A stretch of 64,000 bases of DNA from contig CAYMED010000008.1 of the NCBI GenBank assembly GCA_964389655.1, positions 1-64,000 of the forward strand. Direction: 5' to 3'. The notes beneath the pieces were generated by a model, which was not told the DNA's origin, ran no database searches, and saw nothing but the letters and a program-made list of their open reading frames with translations. Of the stretch, positions 19,372 to 29,211 are shown one piece after another. The stretch is from an uncultured Candidatus Poseidoniales archaeon (lineage in GTDB: Archaea > Thermoplasmatota > Poseidoniia > Poseidoniales > CAYMED01). The translations under genes and the position numbers were made by a program. The number at the start of each line of letters is the position of its first letter. The first letter of the stretch is position 1.

Positions 19372-19878
19372 TCATTTGTTCCCTGTCGTACGTCGCCTAT
19401 CCCAACTTTGAACCACGTCTCTTTGCCCTTGTGCTTCTGACCCGATTCCTAATTTAGCAAGGGAAAAAGCAGCATCATCTACTGTGATCTGATTGAGTTC
19501 AGAAAGTACTCCTGTGAGTATGGTTCCCGCGCGCCCGATCCCATAGTGGCAGTGTACTGCAACAGTTTGTCCATCTAGGACGCGCTTAACAATTTCTGCG
19601 ATAACATCACCATATGTATTAACCGGCCACGTCCCATAATCTTGTGTGGGATGATACAGTACGTCGATCCCTGCATTGCGATAATCTTCCATCAGATTGG
19701 GATTTGAATATCGTGCAATCTCAGATTGGTCAACTAATACGCAAATCGCTTGCACATTTTCATCAATTAGTCGCTTGAATGCGATTTTTTTAGGGTCGTT
19801 GTGCCCATATGGCATTGCACACCTCAGAAGTGTGCCCGGAGCTTTTGTCTCAATTGGCGTAACTACATCTAATGGCAC
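19372..19878 (-). CDS. Dual-specificity / protein-tyrosine phosphatase family protein
   Basis: CX5R P-loop VHCHYGIGRAG and upstream general-acid loop HPTQDYG. Confidence 0.9.
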   Translation of the reverse strand: MPLDVVTPIETKAPGTLLRCAMPYGHNDPKKIAFKRLIDENVQAICVLVDQSEIARYSNPNLMEDYRNAGIDVLYHPTQDYGTWPVNTYGDVIAEIVKRVLDGQTVAVHCHYGIGRAGTILTGVLSELNQITVDDAAFSLAKLGIGSEAQGQRDVVQSWDRRRTTGNK

Positions 19879-19936
19879 AATTCACCGGTAGGTGATGTGG
19901 TATTTTGCTTCATGGCTACTCGCTTGTCGTGTTTAG

Positions 19937-20023
19937 TGGTGCAGGGGGCAGGATTCGAACCTGCGAACTCCTCGAGATCGGGTCCTAAGCCCGACGCCTT
20001 TGACCTAGCTTGGCTACCCCTGC
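19937..20023 (-). tRNA. tRNA-Leu (anticodon TAG), CCA encoded, no intron
   Basis: Minus strand reads GCAGGGGTAGCCAAGCTAGGTCAAAGGCGTCGGGCT-TAG-GACCCGATCTCGAGGAGTTCGCAGGTTCGAATCCTGCCCCCTGCACCA. Acceptor, anticodon and T stems pair; long variable arm. Confidence 0.97.
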
Positions 20024-20125
20024 TCAAATCTAGCGGAACATGGGTTGGACATGAAATCGACGGAAGGAATTTCCCCACTGATCCTTCTACCAAGTGCTTA
20101 CAATGTGATGCTGCCTGTGCCCTAA

Positions 20126-21187
20126 ATGGTGGCCCCTAAAGACCCTGACCGAGAGATGTACACCACCTTCGATCAACCGTGGTGGGCAAATGACATGCTC
20201 ATCCTCGTTTTTGCACTATTTTCGGTCATATTGATTGTTATTGACATGGAAACATCGTTACGTACAACAAATCCTGGAATTTGGTGGGCATTAGCCATTA
20301 TTGATCTTGGAATGGTCGGATTTTTCCTTGCAGATTTGATTGAAGACCGATCTCGCTGTATCGATAAAGGTTGGTGGTGGCGGCGCAATTGGTGGGAATT
20401 TCTCGGCCTTGTGCCAATGATGGTGATGGCACTACAGGATGTCGAATTTTTGGCAACTAGTGTGGCATTGTTCTCAGGACTCAGGTGGTTGCGAATATTA
20501 CGCGCATTTTCGGCCATTGTCCGCCTTCTTTCAACAACACGCAAGATTGGTCCCATCACGGTGAAAACACAAATATCTCATTTGGGGATGATTGTTGCAA
20601 TCCTGATCTTCACTGGTGGTTTCATGACTTATGTCTTTGAATTAGAGGCCCATACGACGTGTATTAAGGATGAATTCCGAGAAAAGGGGCAAGATGAGAT
20701 GGCTTCAAATTACAAGCGTGGCGATCAAGTCGAGAAAGAAATCTGGGAAGTCTGCAATGCTGAACACACATTAAATTCTCTTGGTGAATCGCTTTGGTGG
20801 GCTATTGTGACTACCACGACTGTTGGTTATGGCCATTCCTACCCCGTTACTCTAGGTGGGCGTTTGGTGGCTACTGTGCTGATGATGGTAGGAATTGGAG
20901 TGGTCGGTATGCTAGCAGCCACCCTTTCCCAAGCACTCTATGGCCAAACGACCATGGAAATACATCGTCGATCTGACTTGCGAGAGGAGTTACTTCGAAC
21001 ATTAGAAATGATGGCCGAACTTCACATTGAAGGTGAATTGACAGACGCAGAATATAATCAGATTAAATCTCAACTAATCTCTCAAATAAATGATATCGAA
21101 GATGAAGTCGACACGTCGGCCATGCCTATGCCCATGCGGGTTGCTGCACAAATGCGCCGCATAGAGTCATTCGATGAGTCTGAATAA
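20126..21187 (+). CDS. Voltage-gated-type (6TM) potassium channel with C-terminal SHOCT-like domain
   Basis: S4-like LRWLRILRAF; pore helix and filter SLWWAIVTTTTVGYGH; S6 GRLVATVLMMVGIG; LEMMAELHIEGELTDAEYNQIK. Confidence 0.9.
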   Translation: MVAPKDPDREMYTTFDQPWWANDMLILVFALFSVILIVIDMETSLRTTNPGIWWALAIIDLGMVGFFLADLIEDRSRCIDKGWWWRRNWWEFLGLVPMMVMALQDVEFLATSVALFSGLRWLRILRAFSAIVRLLSTTRKIGPITVKTQISHLGMIVAILIFTGGFMTYVFELEAHTTCIKDEFREKGQDEMASNYKRGDQVEKEIWEVCNAEHTLNSLGESLWWAIVTTTTVGYGHSYPVTLGGRLVATVLMMVGIGVVGMLAATLSQALYGQTTMEIHRRSDLREELLRTLEMMAELHIEGELTDAEYNQIKSQLISQINDIEDEVDTSAMPMPMRVAAQMRRIESFDESE

Positions 21188-21188
21188 A

Positions 21189-23291
21189 TCAGTTCACTTG
21201 GACATCGGATTCGATCGTTGCAACTAATGCTTCTTTTTGCATGACTTCAAACAACTCGGCTTCTCTTCTTTTCTTTGTCGAGCGCATGTGGAGGAATGCA
21301 ATGAACACAAAAGTCGCTATGACAAATGGAATAAGTGCTTCTAACTTCCACTTGTGCATGAGTTCGATAATCCATTGAGCACTATAAGCCCAAGTGATTG
21401 AAGCAGCAACACCCCCGACAAGTGTTGCGGCAATGACGATTTGGCTCCGCATTCTCGCTACAAGCCCAAGAACTGCACCCACAATCACGCCCGATGCTAG
21501 GAATGGTATCCAGACGAAAATAATCAGGCCAAAGAATCCCCACCGGTCAATAAGGCGTCGATTTTCACTTGCAGTGAATTCTACAGTAGACAGAATACCA
21601 GATACAATCGATGACTGTAGGATTTGTCCTGATATGCCTGCTTGACGAGCAATAAGTGCTTCATCATCGGTAGCACCATGTTTTTCCTTCTTTCCAACAT
21701 GCTCAATGTATGATGAATCTCTTGCATGTGGGTTTGTGGCAGCAACCCGTAATTTTCGAGATCCAATTGAGTCACCTAGTTGTTTGAGGATGTACTGGTG
21801 CAATTCATCAGTAATATCAATCCCGCGGGCGGCCTTGCGAGAGAGGTCCGATTTTTTTTCTCGAACAAACGATACACGCACATAAATTTCGTCAAGGTCG
21901 GGGTCAGTGATCATCAATGCCTTGACCAACTTTAGTCCAGGCTTGGCTTTGTGAAAGAAATTCTTGACTGCATCATTTACGAGAGTTCGGGCTGAACTAT
22001 GGTCGCTAACGGCTGCAAAGAATGTGCTATAGTCTTCAATTTCAATGGTGTCATCTCCCTCATCCTCTGTATCATCGGTATCATGGTCAAATCCAACCGC
22101 TAGGAAATCGGGGCCCTCCCCTTCACTACCCTCAGCCTTCAATCGCATTGGTTTGAATATTCTGAATGTGCTAAATTCTTTTAGAATCACTTTCAATATG
22201 CCTTGTTTCACGCGGTCAGGGGGCAATGCCGTGCGGCTAGTTACTTGATAAGCGACAAAAATATCTATTGAAACCTCGCGTATATTCACGTCAAAAGAAG
22301 CCCAATCAACCTTTAAAGCATATTTTTCGGCAGCCTCTTCGATACACCGAAGAGCCAGTCTTTCAGTTTCCTCATCTGTGAGTTGATCATCAATGGATTG
22401 GTGATAGACTTTGTAAAGCAACGGATAGAGAATGAATAGACTAACTAGGCTGAGGCTGAATGAGATGAATGCCATCCACCATGCGGGAACTCCTGCTGCA
22501 CCCCCAGTTAGCATTGCAGTTTCACGACCGCCTCCAAGTTCGGCAGCCATCAAGCCCCAACCCCATCCCGCCAAGGATTTGGTGGACCAGCATCCTCTCG
22601 CCCCTTCTCTTTCGATGCTAGCATGCTCTGAAATTTTTGATGACACACCGGGTAAAAATGCAAAAAATCCTTTTTCTTCTTTACTAATTGTAACTTTTAA
22701 TTCAGCAAACACAACTTCTTCGGTTTGGTTTGACGTTTGGTTAAGTTTTCCTACTGAGATTCGGATGGTGTGCTCACCTTCATCCCACCCCGAAAATGGT
22801 GTTTGAAAGCGTGATGTATTTTCCACATAAGTCGCACTTTCAGCATTTGCATCTAGGATGATGCTCGTGTTTGTATTTTGAATGTTGACATTTTGTGTTG
22901 TCATAACAATCACGTGCGCATCGTTGTTTGGATATGCGTTGATCCATGGGCTTGATTCTCGGTCTTCACAAGGGTCGCCAGTATCGAGCATGGTTTGGGA
23001 GAAGCTTCGGTCAATCCAAACTGATTCGCTCATAGCGGCAGGCATCAGTGGAACAATTATGAGTAAAATAGCATACAATATACCATATGCGAATCCAATA
23101 ATGAGGAGAAGGTCTTCGAATGTACGTGGGAACCTAGTTGCCTCACTTTTCGTCCTTCTTGCGCGTATGTCCTCGATTTTCGCGTCAATCCTGTCTCGCG
23201 GTATGCTCGATGCATATTCCGAAGTTTCCCTCTCAATGGCATCATCCTCTTCGGCATTTATGCCGATCGGATGCTCATCGCTGGAATCCAC
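21189..23291 (-). CDS. Multi-domain membrane protein with a split small-multidrug-export (COG2426-like) domain
   Basis: ELGGGRETAM...GVPAWW and IDRWGFFGLIIFVWIPFLASGVIVGAVLG motifs separated by a large soluble insert. Confidence 0.65.
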   Translation of the reverse strand: MDSSDEHPIGINAEEDDAIERETSEYASSIPRDRIDAKIEDIRARRTKSEATRFPRTFEDLLLIIGFAYGILYAILLIIVPLMPAAMSESVWIDRSFSQTMLDTGDPCEDRESSPWINAYPNNDAHVIVMTTQNVNIQNTNTSIILDANAESATYVENTSRFQTPFSGWDEGEHTIRISVGKLNQTSNQTEEVVFAELKVTISKEEKGFFAFLPGVSSKISEHASIEREGARGCWSTKSLAGWGWGLMAAELGGGRETAMLTGGAAGVPAWWMAFISFSLSLVSLFILYPLLYKVYHQSIDDQLTDEETERLALRCIEEAAEKYALKVDWASFDVNIREVSIDIFVAYQVTSRTALPPDRVKQGILKVILKEFSTFRIFKPMRLKAEGSEGEGPDFLAVGFDHDTDDTEDEGDDTIEIEDYSTFFAAVSDHSSARTLVNDAVKNFFHKAKPGLKLVKALMITDPDLDEIYVRVSFVREKKSDLSRKAARGIDITDELHQYILKQLGDSIGSRKLRVAATNPHARDSSYIEHVGKKEKHGATDDEALIARQAGISGQILQSSIVSGILSTVEFTASENRRLIDRWGFFGLIIFVWIPFLASGVIVGAVLGLVARMRSQIVIAATLVGGVAASITWAYSAQWIIELMHKWKLEALIPFVIATFVFIAFLHMRSTKKRREAELFEVMQKEALVATIESDVQVN

Positions 23292-23550
23292 GGAGGCCGG
23301 TGGGGCGGTGGTCTTTTCTCCTTTCGCTATTTTGGCTATAGATTGCTGATCTGTAGTTTTTGTTCAAAGCAATCATTGGTATGTGTCTTTATGATTTGTT
23401 TGACACGAATAGTTCAAAGACGGCCAGCCAAGAACCGCTGCCTCGGAGGACAGAATGTGCACCCCCTGACCCACCCCGCACAAGTTGAATTTGAGATGAA
23501 TAGTCCCTTGCGATTCATGATGTCGCATGCCTTTGGTCGGAGGTGTATAG

Positions 23551-25254
23551 ATGAGTGAGGGGGGGGTTGACTCCATTCACGCAGAGGAATTAGACCGGGC
23601 GGTCCAACGGGTACTCGAAGCAGTTCCTAGTGCTGACCCCGATTTAGTGCGCGAGGAATTTGAACGGTATGAGAAAGATTTTCTCATGCCCCCAAAGAAT
23701 GCCGTTCGATCGGTAGTAACTCGCATGCGAAAATCAGTAGGGGTGGTTGATTCTGAATCAACCTATGAGCCCCCAGAAACTCAAGTGATAGAGACACTTG
23801 ATGAAGTCGAACCTGGGACTTCAAACCTCACAATAGAAGTGCGCATTCTTGAGCATCGTCGTGTAGAACGAACAGTACGTGGTGAGCGCCGAACGATTGG
23901 GGCAGCCCGAATTGAGGACCGGCCTAATGCCCCTTCAAGTGAGAGGAATCGTTACGATTGTACTGACTGGGGGGACAATGAGGATTCACTTAGACCAGGG
24001 GCAGTTGCGCGCATCGAAGGTGCGCGGGTAAGTGAGTGGGAAGGGCGCCGCCGCCTTGAGATAAATCGGTCAAGCAGAGTTGTAGTTCTTGAGGCATCAA
24101 CAGCCCCTGTGGTTCGTAGTGGGGATGTCATGAATATCTCAAAAGCATCTCGGGTGGAGGGTTCGGTCACCCTAGTTGCCCGCGTGATGTCGAAGGCAAA
24201 TCGCACAATAACTCGTCGAGACGGATCTCAAATAGAGGTTGTTTCAGGCCGTCTAGGTGATTCAACAGGTGCAGTATCATTCACAGCCTGGGAGGGGTTT
24301 GACTGGGATGTTGGGGGGCTAATCCGAATTGCCGATGCCCTAATGCGTCGATATCGAGACACTCCAGATCTGAGTTTTGGTCGTTATACAACAATCGAAG
24401 AATTTCATGATGCTGAATTCCCGACGCTGGATGAATTAGAACGTGATTCCGCAACTGAGATTCGCTCATTAACTGAAGGTGCCAGAGGTGTCTCTATCAC
24501 GGCCGAAATCATTGAGATTTCATCCCGCAAGATCACAGTTCAAGGTGAAGAAAAAACCATTTGGGGTGGCGAAATTATAGACCCCACGGGAAGATGCCGA
24601 TTCACTGTTTGGTCTGACCCGGAAATTGATTCAAGCAATACTCCCATGCCTGTACGTTTGCAAGATGTCCGCATCCGTGCTTGGCAAGGATTGCCTGATG
24701 TAACTATTGACAATGCAACTCAGATCATTCAACTAGAGGAAGTGCCATGGGAGGCTATAGACCCAATGAATCATTGGGTGACCTCTTCAATCGAGGAACT
24801 CACTGACAGTTCTTCAAGATCTTCTGTGCGCAGTACTGCCAAGATTGTATCCATCCGTGATGATTGTGGTCCTATCGAACGGTGCCCCGATTGTCGCCGC
24901 GTTTTGCGTGATGGAGAATGTGCAGATCACGGCCGAGTTGAAGGCATTCCAGATCTAAGATTGCGTTTTGTCCTTGATGATGGAAGGGCAGCTCTTACCA
25001 CACTTCTTGGCAAAGATGCCACGGAATCTTTGTTATCTAAAACCCAAGATGTAATCGAAAAAGAAGTGCGGGAAGAGGGACAAGAACGCTTTGTCAATGA
25101 ATTGCGTAAGCAGTGGCTGGGTGCTCAAATTGAAGTGACTGGCAGGACTAGGATGGATGATTTTGGCGGTTTTTTACTAGTTGACTCAGCGAAATCAGTG
25201 GGGCTTCGTGGTGCCGAATCAGTTGCTGAAATCAGAGAGAGGTGGGGTTTGTGA
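23551..25254 (+). CDS. rpa: Replication protein A, large multi-OB-fold subunit with Zn finger
   Basis: Repeated OB folds (GRLGDSTGAVSFTAW, GEIIDPTGRCRFTVW, LRFVLDDG); CPDCRRVLRDGECADH Zn finger; SD GGAGGTG. Confidence 0.9.
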   Translation: MSEGGVDSIHAEELDRAVQRVLEAVPSADPDLVREEFERYEKDFLMPPKNAVRSVVTRMRKSVGVVDSESTYEPPETQVIETLDEVEPGTSNLTIEVRILEHRRVERTVRGERRTIGAARIEDRPNAPSSERNRYDCTDWGDNEDSLRPGAVARIEGARVSEWEGRRRLEINRSSRVVVLEASTAPVVRSGDVMNISKASRVEGSVTLVARVMSKANRTITRRDGSQIEVVSGRLGDSTGAVSFTAWEGFDWDVGGLIRIADALMRRYRDTPDLSFGRYTTIEEFHDAEFPTLDELERDSATEIRSLTEGARGVSITAEIIEISSRKITVQGEEKTIWGGEIIDPTGRCRFTVWSDPEIDSSNTPMPVRLQDVRIRAWQGLPDVTIDNATQIIQLEEVPWEAIDPMNHWVTSSIEELTDSSSRSSVRSTAKIVSIRDDCGPIERCPDCRRVLRDGECADHGRVEGIPDLRLRFVLDDGRAALTTLLGKDATESLLSKTQDVIEKEVREEGQERFVNELRKQWLGAQIEVTGRTRMDDFGGFLLVDSAKSVGLRGAESVAEIRERWGL

Positions 25255-26177
25255 GTGCCGATATGCGTTCAAGGCGTCGGCGCGAGCCAGCATTGCGTAT
25301 GTTCTCCGAAGAGATCAATCATTCCCATCTTCATCAAAAAGGGACTGGTGAATTTGACCCCTCGTATGTGATTAGTCGATTAGGTGCTAGAGCCAATCGA
25401 GTGATCGTGGCGGGGCTTGTTGAGCGAATTGAGCGCCGCGATAATGAATCAGGTGCATCTTACAATGGCATCCTTACAGATCCATTGGGCCGCACGTATT
25501 TCCAAGTAGGGTCTTTTCAAGAAGATGTTCTTGACATCTCTGAAGAACTTGTTTCACGGCACGAAGAAGGTGAATCCTTGCTTCTTATGATTGTGGGGAA
25601 AACTAGGCATTGGGCGAGCCCAGAAGACGGCTCGGTATACATCAGTCTACGCCCAGAGGAGATCGCCACGATCGATCGAGACCGCTATGCGGATTGGATC
25701 CTTGAAACAGCAGAACATACTCTTGGCCGGATGCAAACAGTTCATGCTGTGAAGGAGATGGAACCTAATTATGAAGCGCTTGAATCAGCCGGAATCCGCG
25801 AAAATGATATCCAGCCACTTCTTGATGCACGCGCATTTTATGGCGACCGTTTTGATCCTGATTCCTATGCATTAGGGATTCTTCGTGCGCTTGACATGAT
25901 CGGAAGCGGTGCAACTCTTGAGCCACCCAAGAATGCACCAATGGATGATGAAGTTTCAATTGATGATCAAGTCTTGCGTGATCATCTAATCCGATATGTC
26001 ACCGAAACGGATGGGGGTAAGGGAGTTGATCACGAATCCATCGTACGCGCGGGTGAAGGTTTAGGTGCAAGTAGGTCACAAGCGGAAGAAATGCTCGAAA
26101 CACTAACTGAAGAGGGGATTCTGTGGGACCGAGAGTTCGGATGGTACCGCGTTGTTGAAGAATCGGATGCTTCGTGA
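25251..26177 (+). CDS. RPA-associated OB-fold + winged-helix protein (Rpa2/COG3390-like)
   Basis: RRREPALRMFSEE, PSYVISRLGARANRVIVAG, SLRPEEI, C-terminal wH. GTG start overlapping the rpa stop is preferred (ORF track starts at 25242). Confidence 0.85.
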   Translation: MSADMRSRRRREPALRMFSEEINHSHLHQKGTGEFDPSYVISRLGARANRVIVAGLVERIERRDNESGASYNGILTDPLGRTYFQVGSFQEDVLDISEELVSRHEEGESLLLMIVGKTRHWASPEDGSVYISLRPEEIATIDRDRYADWILETAEHTLGRMQTVHAVKEMEPNYEALESAGIRENDIQPLLDARAFYGDRFDPDSYALGILRALDMIGSGATLEPPKNAPMDDEVSIDDQVLRDHLIRYVTETDGGKGVDHESIVRAGEGLGASRSQAEEMLETLTEEGILWDREFGWYRVVEESDAS

Positions 26178-26236
26178 AGTCCCAACTCGACGGAGCAGTT
26201 TGATAATGCAACCCGATAGTCCAACCCCGATAACCC

Positions 26237-26584
26237 ATGTCCGGTACACAGACCTGCTTCCTCCGCGCCGCTGGTGGAGAGGATTGGCTCCAACTAGATG
26301 AATGTGCGATTAAGGTCTCAATTAATCGTCGGATGACCCGAACAGTGACGCATGGGGGTGAAGGCGATGACCTTGTTGATGAAGGTGCGGAATCTGCAGA
26401 ATACAAGATTACGGGGAAGATTTCTCTCGATGATTATAAGAAAGTCCTTGAGATCTTTCGTGGTGGTCAGCCCTTTTTCCACGAACCATATGAAGAAAAA
26501 GAGATGAAAGTCGTGTTCACCCGTCTAGAGTTTGATGGGGGTACAGGTGAATACACATTCTCCTTGTCCGAGGACATTCGTTGA
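26237..26584 (+). CDS. Hypothetical protein with a phage tail tube/hub-like (Mu gpN N-terminal / P2 GpU-like) sequence pattern
   Basis: RRMTRTVTHGGEGDDLVDEGAESAEYKITG...FHEPY...VVFTRLEF...YTFSLSE; first gene of the Tad-like operon. Fold assigned by eye only. Confidence 0.5.
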   Translation: MSGTQTCFLRAAGGEDWLQLDECAIKVSINRRMTRTVTHGGEGDDLVDEGAESAEYKITGKISLDDYKKVLEIFRGGQPFFHEPYEEKEMKVVFTRLEFDGGTGEYTFSLSEDIR

Positions 26585-26597
26585 ATGAGGTGATGAG

Positions 26598-27164
26598 ATG
26601 GTCCTTCCTGAAGAGCGTGATTTACTCTATGCTCTCCGGACTATGGAAGTTATGATGTCTTCTGGGATTGGACTCGAAGCGGCTCTACTGAACCTCAGCC
26701 AGGGCGGGTATGGAAAGATCACCTCTGATTTCTCCAAGGCTCTAGAGGCTGTTGGGAAAGGAAAGCCATTGGATGCCGAATTAAGCAGGATGATGACAAA
26801 GACAAAATCAAAACCTTACCGGAAATTTATCACAACTCTGTACAATAATGTAACTAAGAATACTGATGTGGTTGATGATTTGCGCAAGCAAGGTGATTCA
26901 GAAGAAACTAGTCGTTCGGACAAGGTTGAGAAGTATATTGAAGCTCTGGGTGGACTTCCTGAAACCCTCCTCTCAATAGGTATGACCAGTCCATTGATCC
27001 TATCTATATTGGGCCTTTTCCCGCAATTGATGGGTGATTTGCAATTCATTGATGTCCCTGATCAGGGGACAATTATGGCTGTGGTAAATGGAGGGCTCGC
27101 ATTTACTGCCTTTGGTATGGCAATGGTTGGGATCAAAGCTCATACAAAAGATCCTGGCCTATGA
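26598..27164 (+). CDS. Type II secretion system F-family (TadB/TadC/ArlJ-like) platform protein
   Basis: ALRTMEVMMSSGIGLEAAL...GYGKITSDF...GKPLDAEL; two C-terminal TMs; SD GAGGTGA. Confidence 0.85.
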   Translation: MVLPEERDLLYALRTMEVMMSSGIGLEAALLNLSQGGYGKITSDFSKALEAVGKGKPLDAELSRMMTKTKSKPYRKFITTLYNNVTKNTDVVDDLRKQGDSEETSRSDKVEKYIEALGGLPETLLSIGMTSPLILSILGLFPQLMGDLQFIDVPDQGTIMAVVNGGLAFTAFGMAMVGIKAHTKDPGL

Positions 27165-27174
27165 GGTGATTAGA

Positions 27175-27933
27175 ATGGTCGCAATGTTATTTGATTTCCT
27201 TGAATTCATAGGGGACTATCCCTCTATGAAGTGGTTTTTTCCTTTAGCACTCGCTTCACTTGGAGGGGCAGTCCCCCTCATGAGGGAGCGTGCTCGTAGG
27301 CGCGGCCTTGAACGCGGTCTCCCTGAAATGCTTGACACGATGGCGCAAACAGTTGGTGCCAATGAATCTGTGCAGGCTGCACTTGCGGCATATGCCGACT
27401 CAGGTCAAGGCCCCCTCGGTGACTTGGCTCGGACAGCGGTTCATGAAAGTCGTGAAACCACCTTTGAAGCCGCCATGACAAATCTGGCAGTTAATTCGCG
27501 CTCTGCCCAAGTCCAACGATCTGTGACAATCTTACTTACTGCAATCGAACAAGATTCTCCTCTTCGTGACCTGTTGCAACGAATGGCAGAGGGGATTGAA
27601 CGCCTAAATGACTTGATGGACCAACGAGATTCGAATATGGGAGGTGCATCATTGATGATGAAAATCATGGTTGGTATCATGCTTCCAGCAATTATTGCCA
27701 CAGTAACTGGTTTATTCGCCTCACCTGCCTCGGGGATAGATGCTAGTGATCTCAATTCCTCAATTTCCACATTTTTAGGGGCTGCAACGATGATTTCGGT
27801 TGCAATTGGTGGCCGAATGCTTGGTCGTTTCCAAGAAACACTTTGGCAATTGCCGCTGTGGGGTTTCTTGTCAATGTTTTTGTATTCGTTCTTGTATATC
27901 GCAATTGGAAATACGATGGGCGGTGGGGTGTGA
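27175..27933 (+). CDS. Second T2SS-F-family (TadC-like) platform protein
   Basis: LERGLPEMLDTMAQTVGA, FEAAM...RSAQVQRSV; TMs. ATG27175 follows SD GAGGTGA (ORF track starts at 27088). Confidence 0.85.
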   Translation: MVAMLFDFLEFIGDYPSMKWFFPLALASLGGAVPLMRERARRRGLERGLPEMLDTMAQTVGANESVQAALAAYADSGQGPLGDLARTAVHESRETTFEAAMTNLAVNSRSAQVQRSVTILLTAIEQDSPLRDLLQRMAEGIERLNDLMDQRDSNMGGASLMMKIMVGIMLPAIIATVTGLFASPASGIDASDLNSSISTFLGAATMISVAIGGRMLGRFQETLWQLPLWGFLSMFLYSFLYIAIGNTMGGGV

Positions 27934-27944
27934 GGTGATCAGAA

Positions 27945-29189
27945 ATGCGTGATGATTTGGAAATACTTGAGCAATATGGGCGGGTAACAATTTACAAGGA
28001 ACCAGGCCATCCAAGCCCGATATACCACGTAGATGGTAATATTGAACCCAATCCATATGGGAAGTTAAAGGCCCTATTTGATGATGACAATCTGGAAGAA
28101 GTAATGTACAATGGTGGAACTCAGTGCGTGAAAATCGCTCATCGTGAGCATGACATGTGTCGTACCAATATTTGGATCGAAGATGAAGAAGGACTGCAAG
28201 TGGCAAAAAATATTGCTGCATTTACTGCAGTTCCGCTGGGTGATGGGCCAGGTCTTGTCCCAATTTTCGACGGGAGGCTACCAGATGGGTCGCGTGTGAA
28301 TGGCACAATCCCCCCTGTATCTCCTGATGGTCCTACTCTGACAGTCCGTAAATTTCAGGAAGATCCTCTGACAATTATTAATCTCCTCAAATTTGGAACA
28401 ATGAGCACTCGTTTAGCTGCAACGCTTTGGTGCTATGTCGAGGGACTTGGTGCGAAACCGGCTAATTTTGTCATAGCAGGGGGTACAGGTTCAGGTAAGA
28501 CCACGACACTCAATTGTCTTGGAATGTTCATTCCCTGGGACGAAAGGGTTCTTTCAGTCGAAGATACTGCTGAACTGCAGATTTATCATGACCATTGGCT
28601 TCGTATGGAAACTCGTGCTGAACGCCCCGATGGGACAAATGAAATTGACATGGATGCATGTCTGAAGTCGAGTCTTCGAATGCGCCCAGATCGTGTTATT
28701 GTTGGTGAAGTTCGTGGGCCAGAGGCGGCGACATTATTGATGGCAATGAATACAGGCCACGATGGGTCATTTGGCAGCCTTCATGCAAACACTGCTGCAG
28801 AATGTGTAAACCGCATGATCAATCCCCCAATGGTGGTTCCAACGATCATGCTTAGTGCATTGGATATGATCATTATTCAGGCAAGGTTACATTATGGTGG
28901 CCGAACCGTGCGAAAAATCCTAGAAATATCTGAAATTGCAGGCATGGAGGGTTCTAAGCCAAGGTTGAATCAAATTTGGAAGTTTGATCCTATGACTGGT
29001 GAAATTGTTGAAACTGGAGTGCCAAGTAAATTGCGGGAAATAATATGCAAAGCAGCCGGGCTAACGCCAGCTGATTTCGATAATGCAGTTGAAGAGCGCG
29101 ACAGGATTCTGACGGATTTACTTGAACGTGATATTGACAATATTCAGCAAGTTACTCGGGTTATTCAAGCCTATCACACGGCGCATTAA
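27945..29189 (+). CDS. CpaF/TadA/VirB11-family secretion ATPase
   Basis: [49 protein letters not shown]; SD GAGGTGA. Confidence 0.95.
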   Translation: MRDDLEILEQYGRVTIYKEPGHPSPIYHVDGNIEPNPYGKLKALFDDDNLEEVMYNGGTQCVKIAHREHDMCRTNIWIEDEEGLQVAKNIAAFTAVPLGDGPGLVPIFDGRLPDGSRVNGTIPPVSPDGPTLTVRKFQEDPLTIINLLKFGTMSTRLAATLWCYVEGLGAKPANFVIAGGTGSGKTTTLNCLGMFIPWDERVLSVEDTAELQIYHDHWLRMETRAERPDGTNEIDMDACLKSSLRMRPDRVIVGEVRGPEAATLLMAMNTGHDGSFGSLHANTAAECVNRMINPPMVVPTIMLSALDMIIIQARLHYGGRTVRKILEISEIAGMEGSKPRLNQIWKFDPMTGEIVETGVPSKLREIICKAAGLTPADFDNAVEERDRILTDLLERDIDNIQQVTRVIQAYHTAH

Positions 29190-29211
29190 AATTGCACAGT
29201 TGGAAGGTGTC

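Noticed and set aside
14364-19936. Integrated island downstream of tRNA-Leu
   Set aside because: No integrase, and I found no duplicated tRNA 3' end by eye.
19869-20139. ORFs 19897-20139 (+) and 19869-20093 (-)
   Set aside because: They overlap the tRNA and are spurious.
23292-23376. Possible frameshift extending the 21189-23291 gene at a T5 run
   Set aside because: The frame is open only 24 codons upstream, and there is no homology evidence to support it.
26237-26584. Provirus remnant
   Set aside because: No capsid, terminase, portal or integrase genes nearby; the gene is embedded in a cellular operon.
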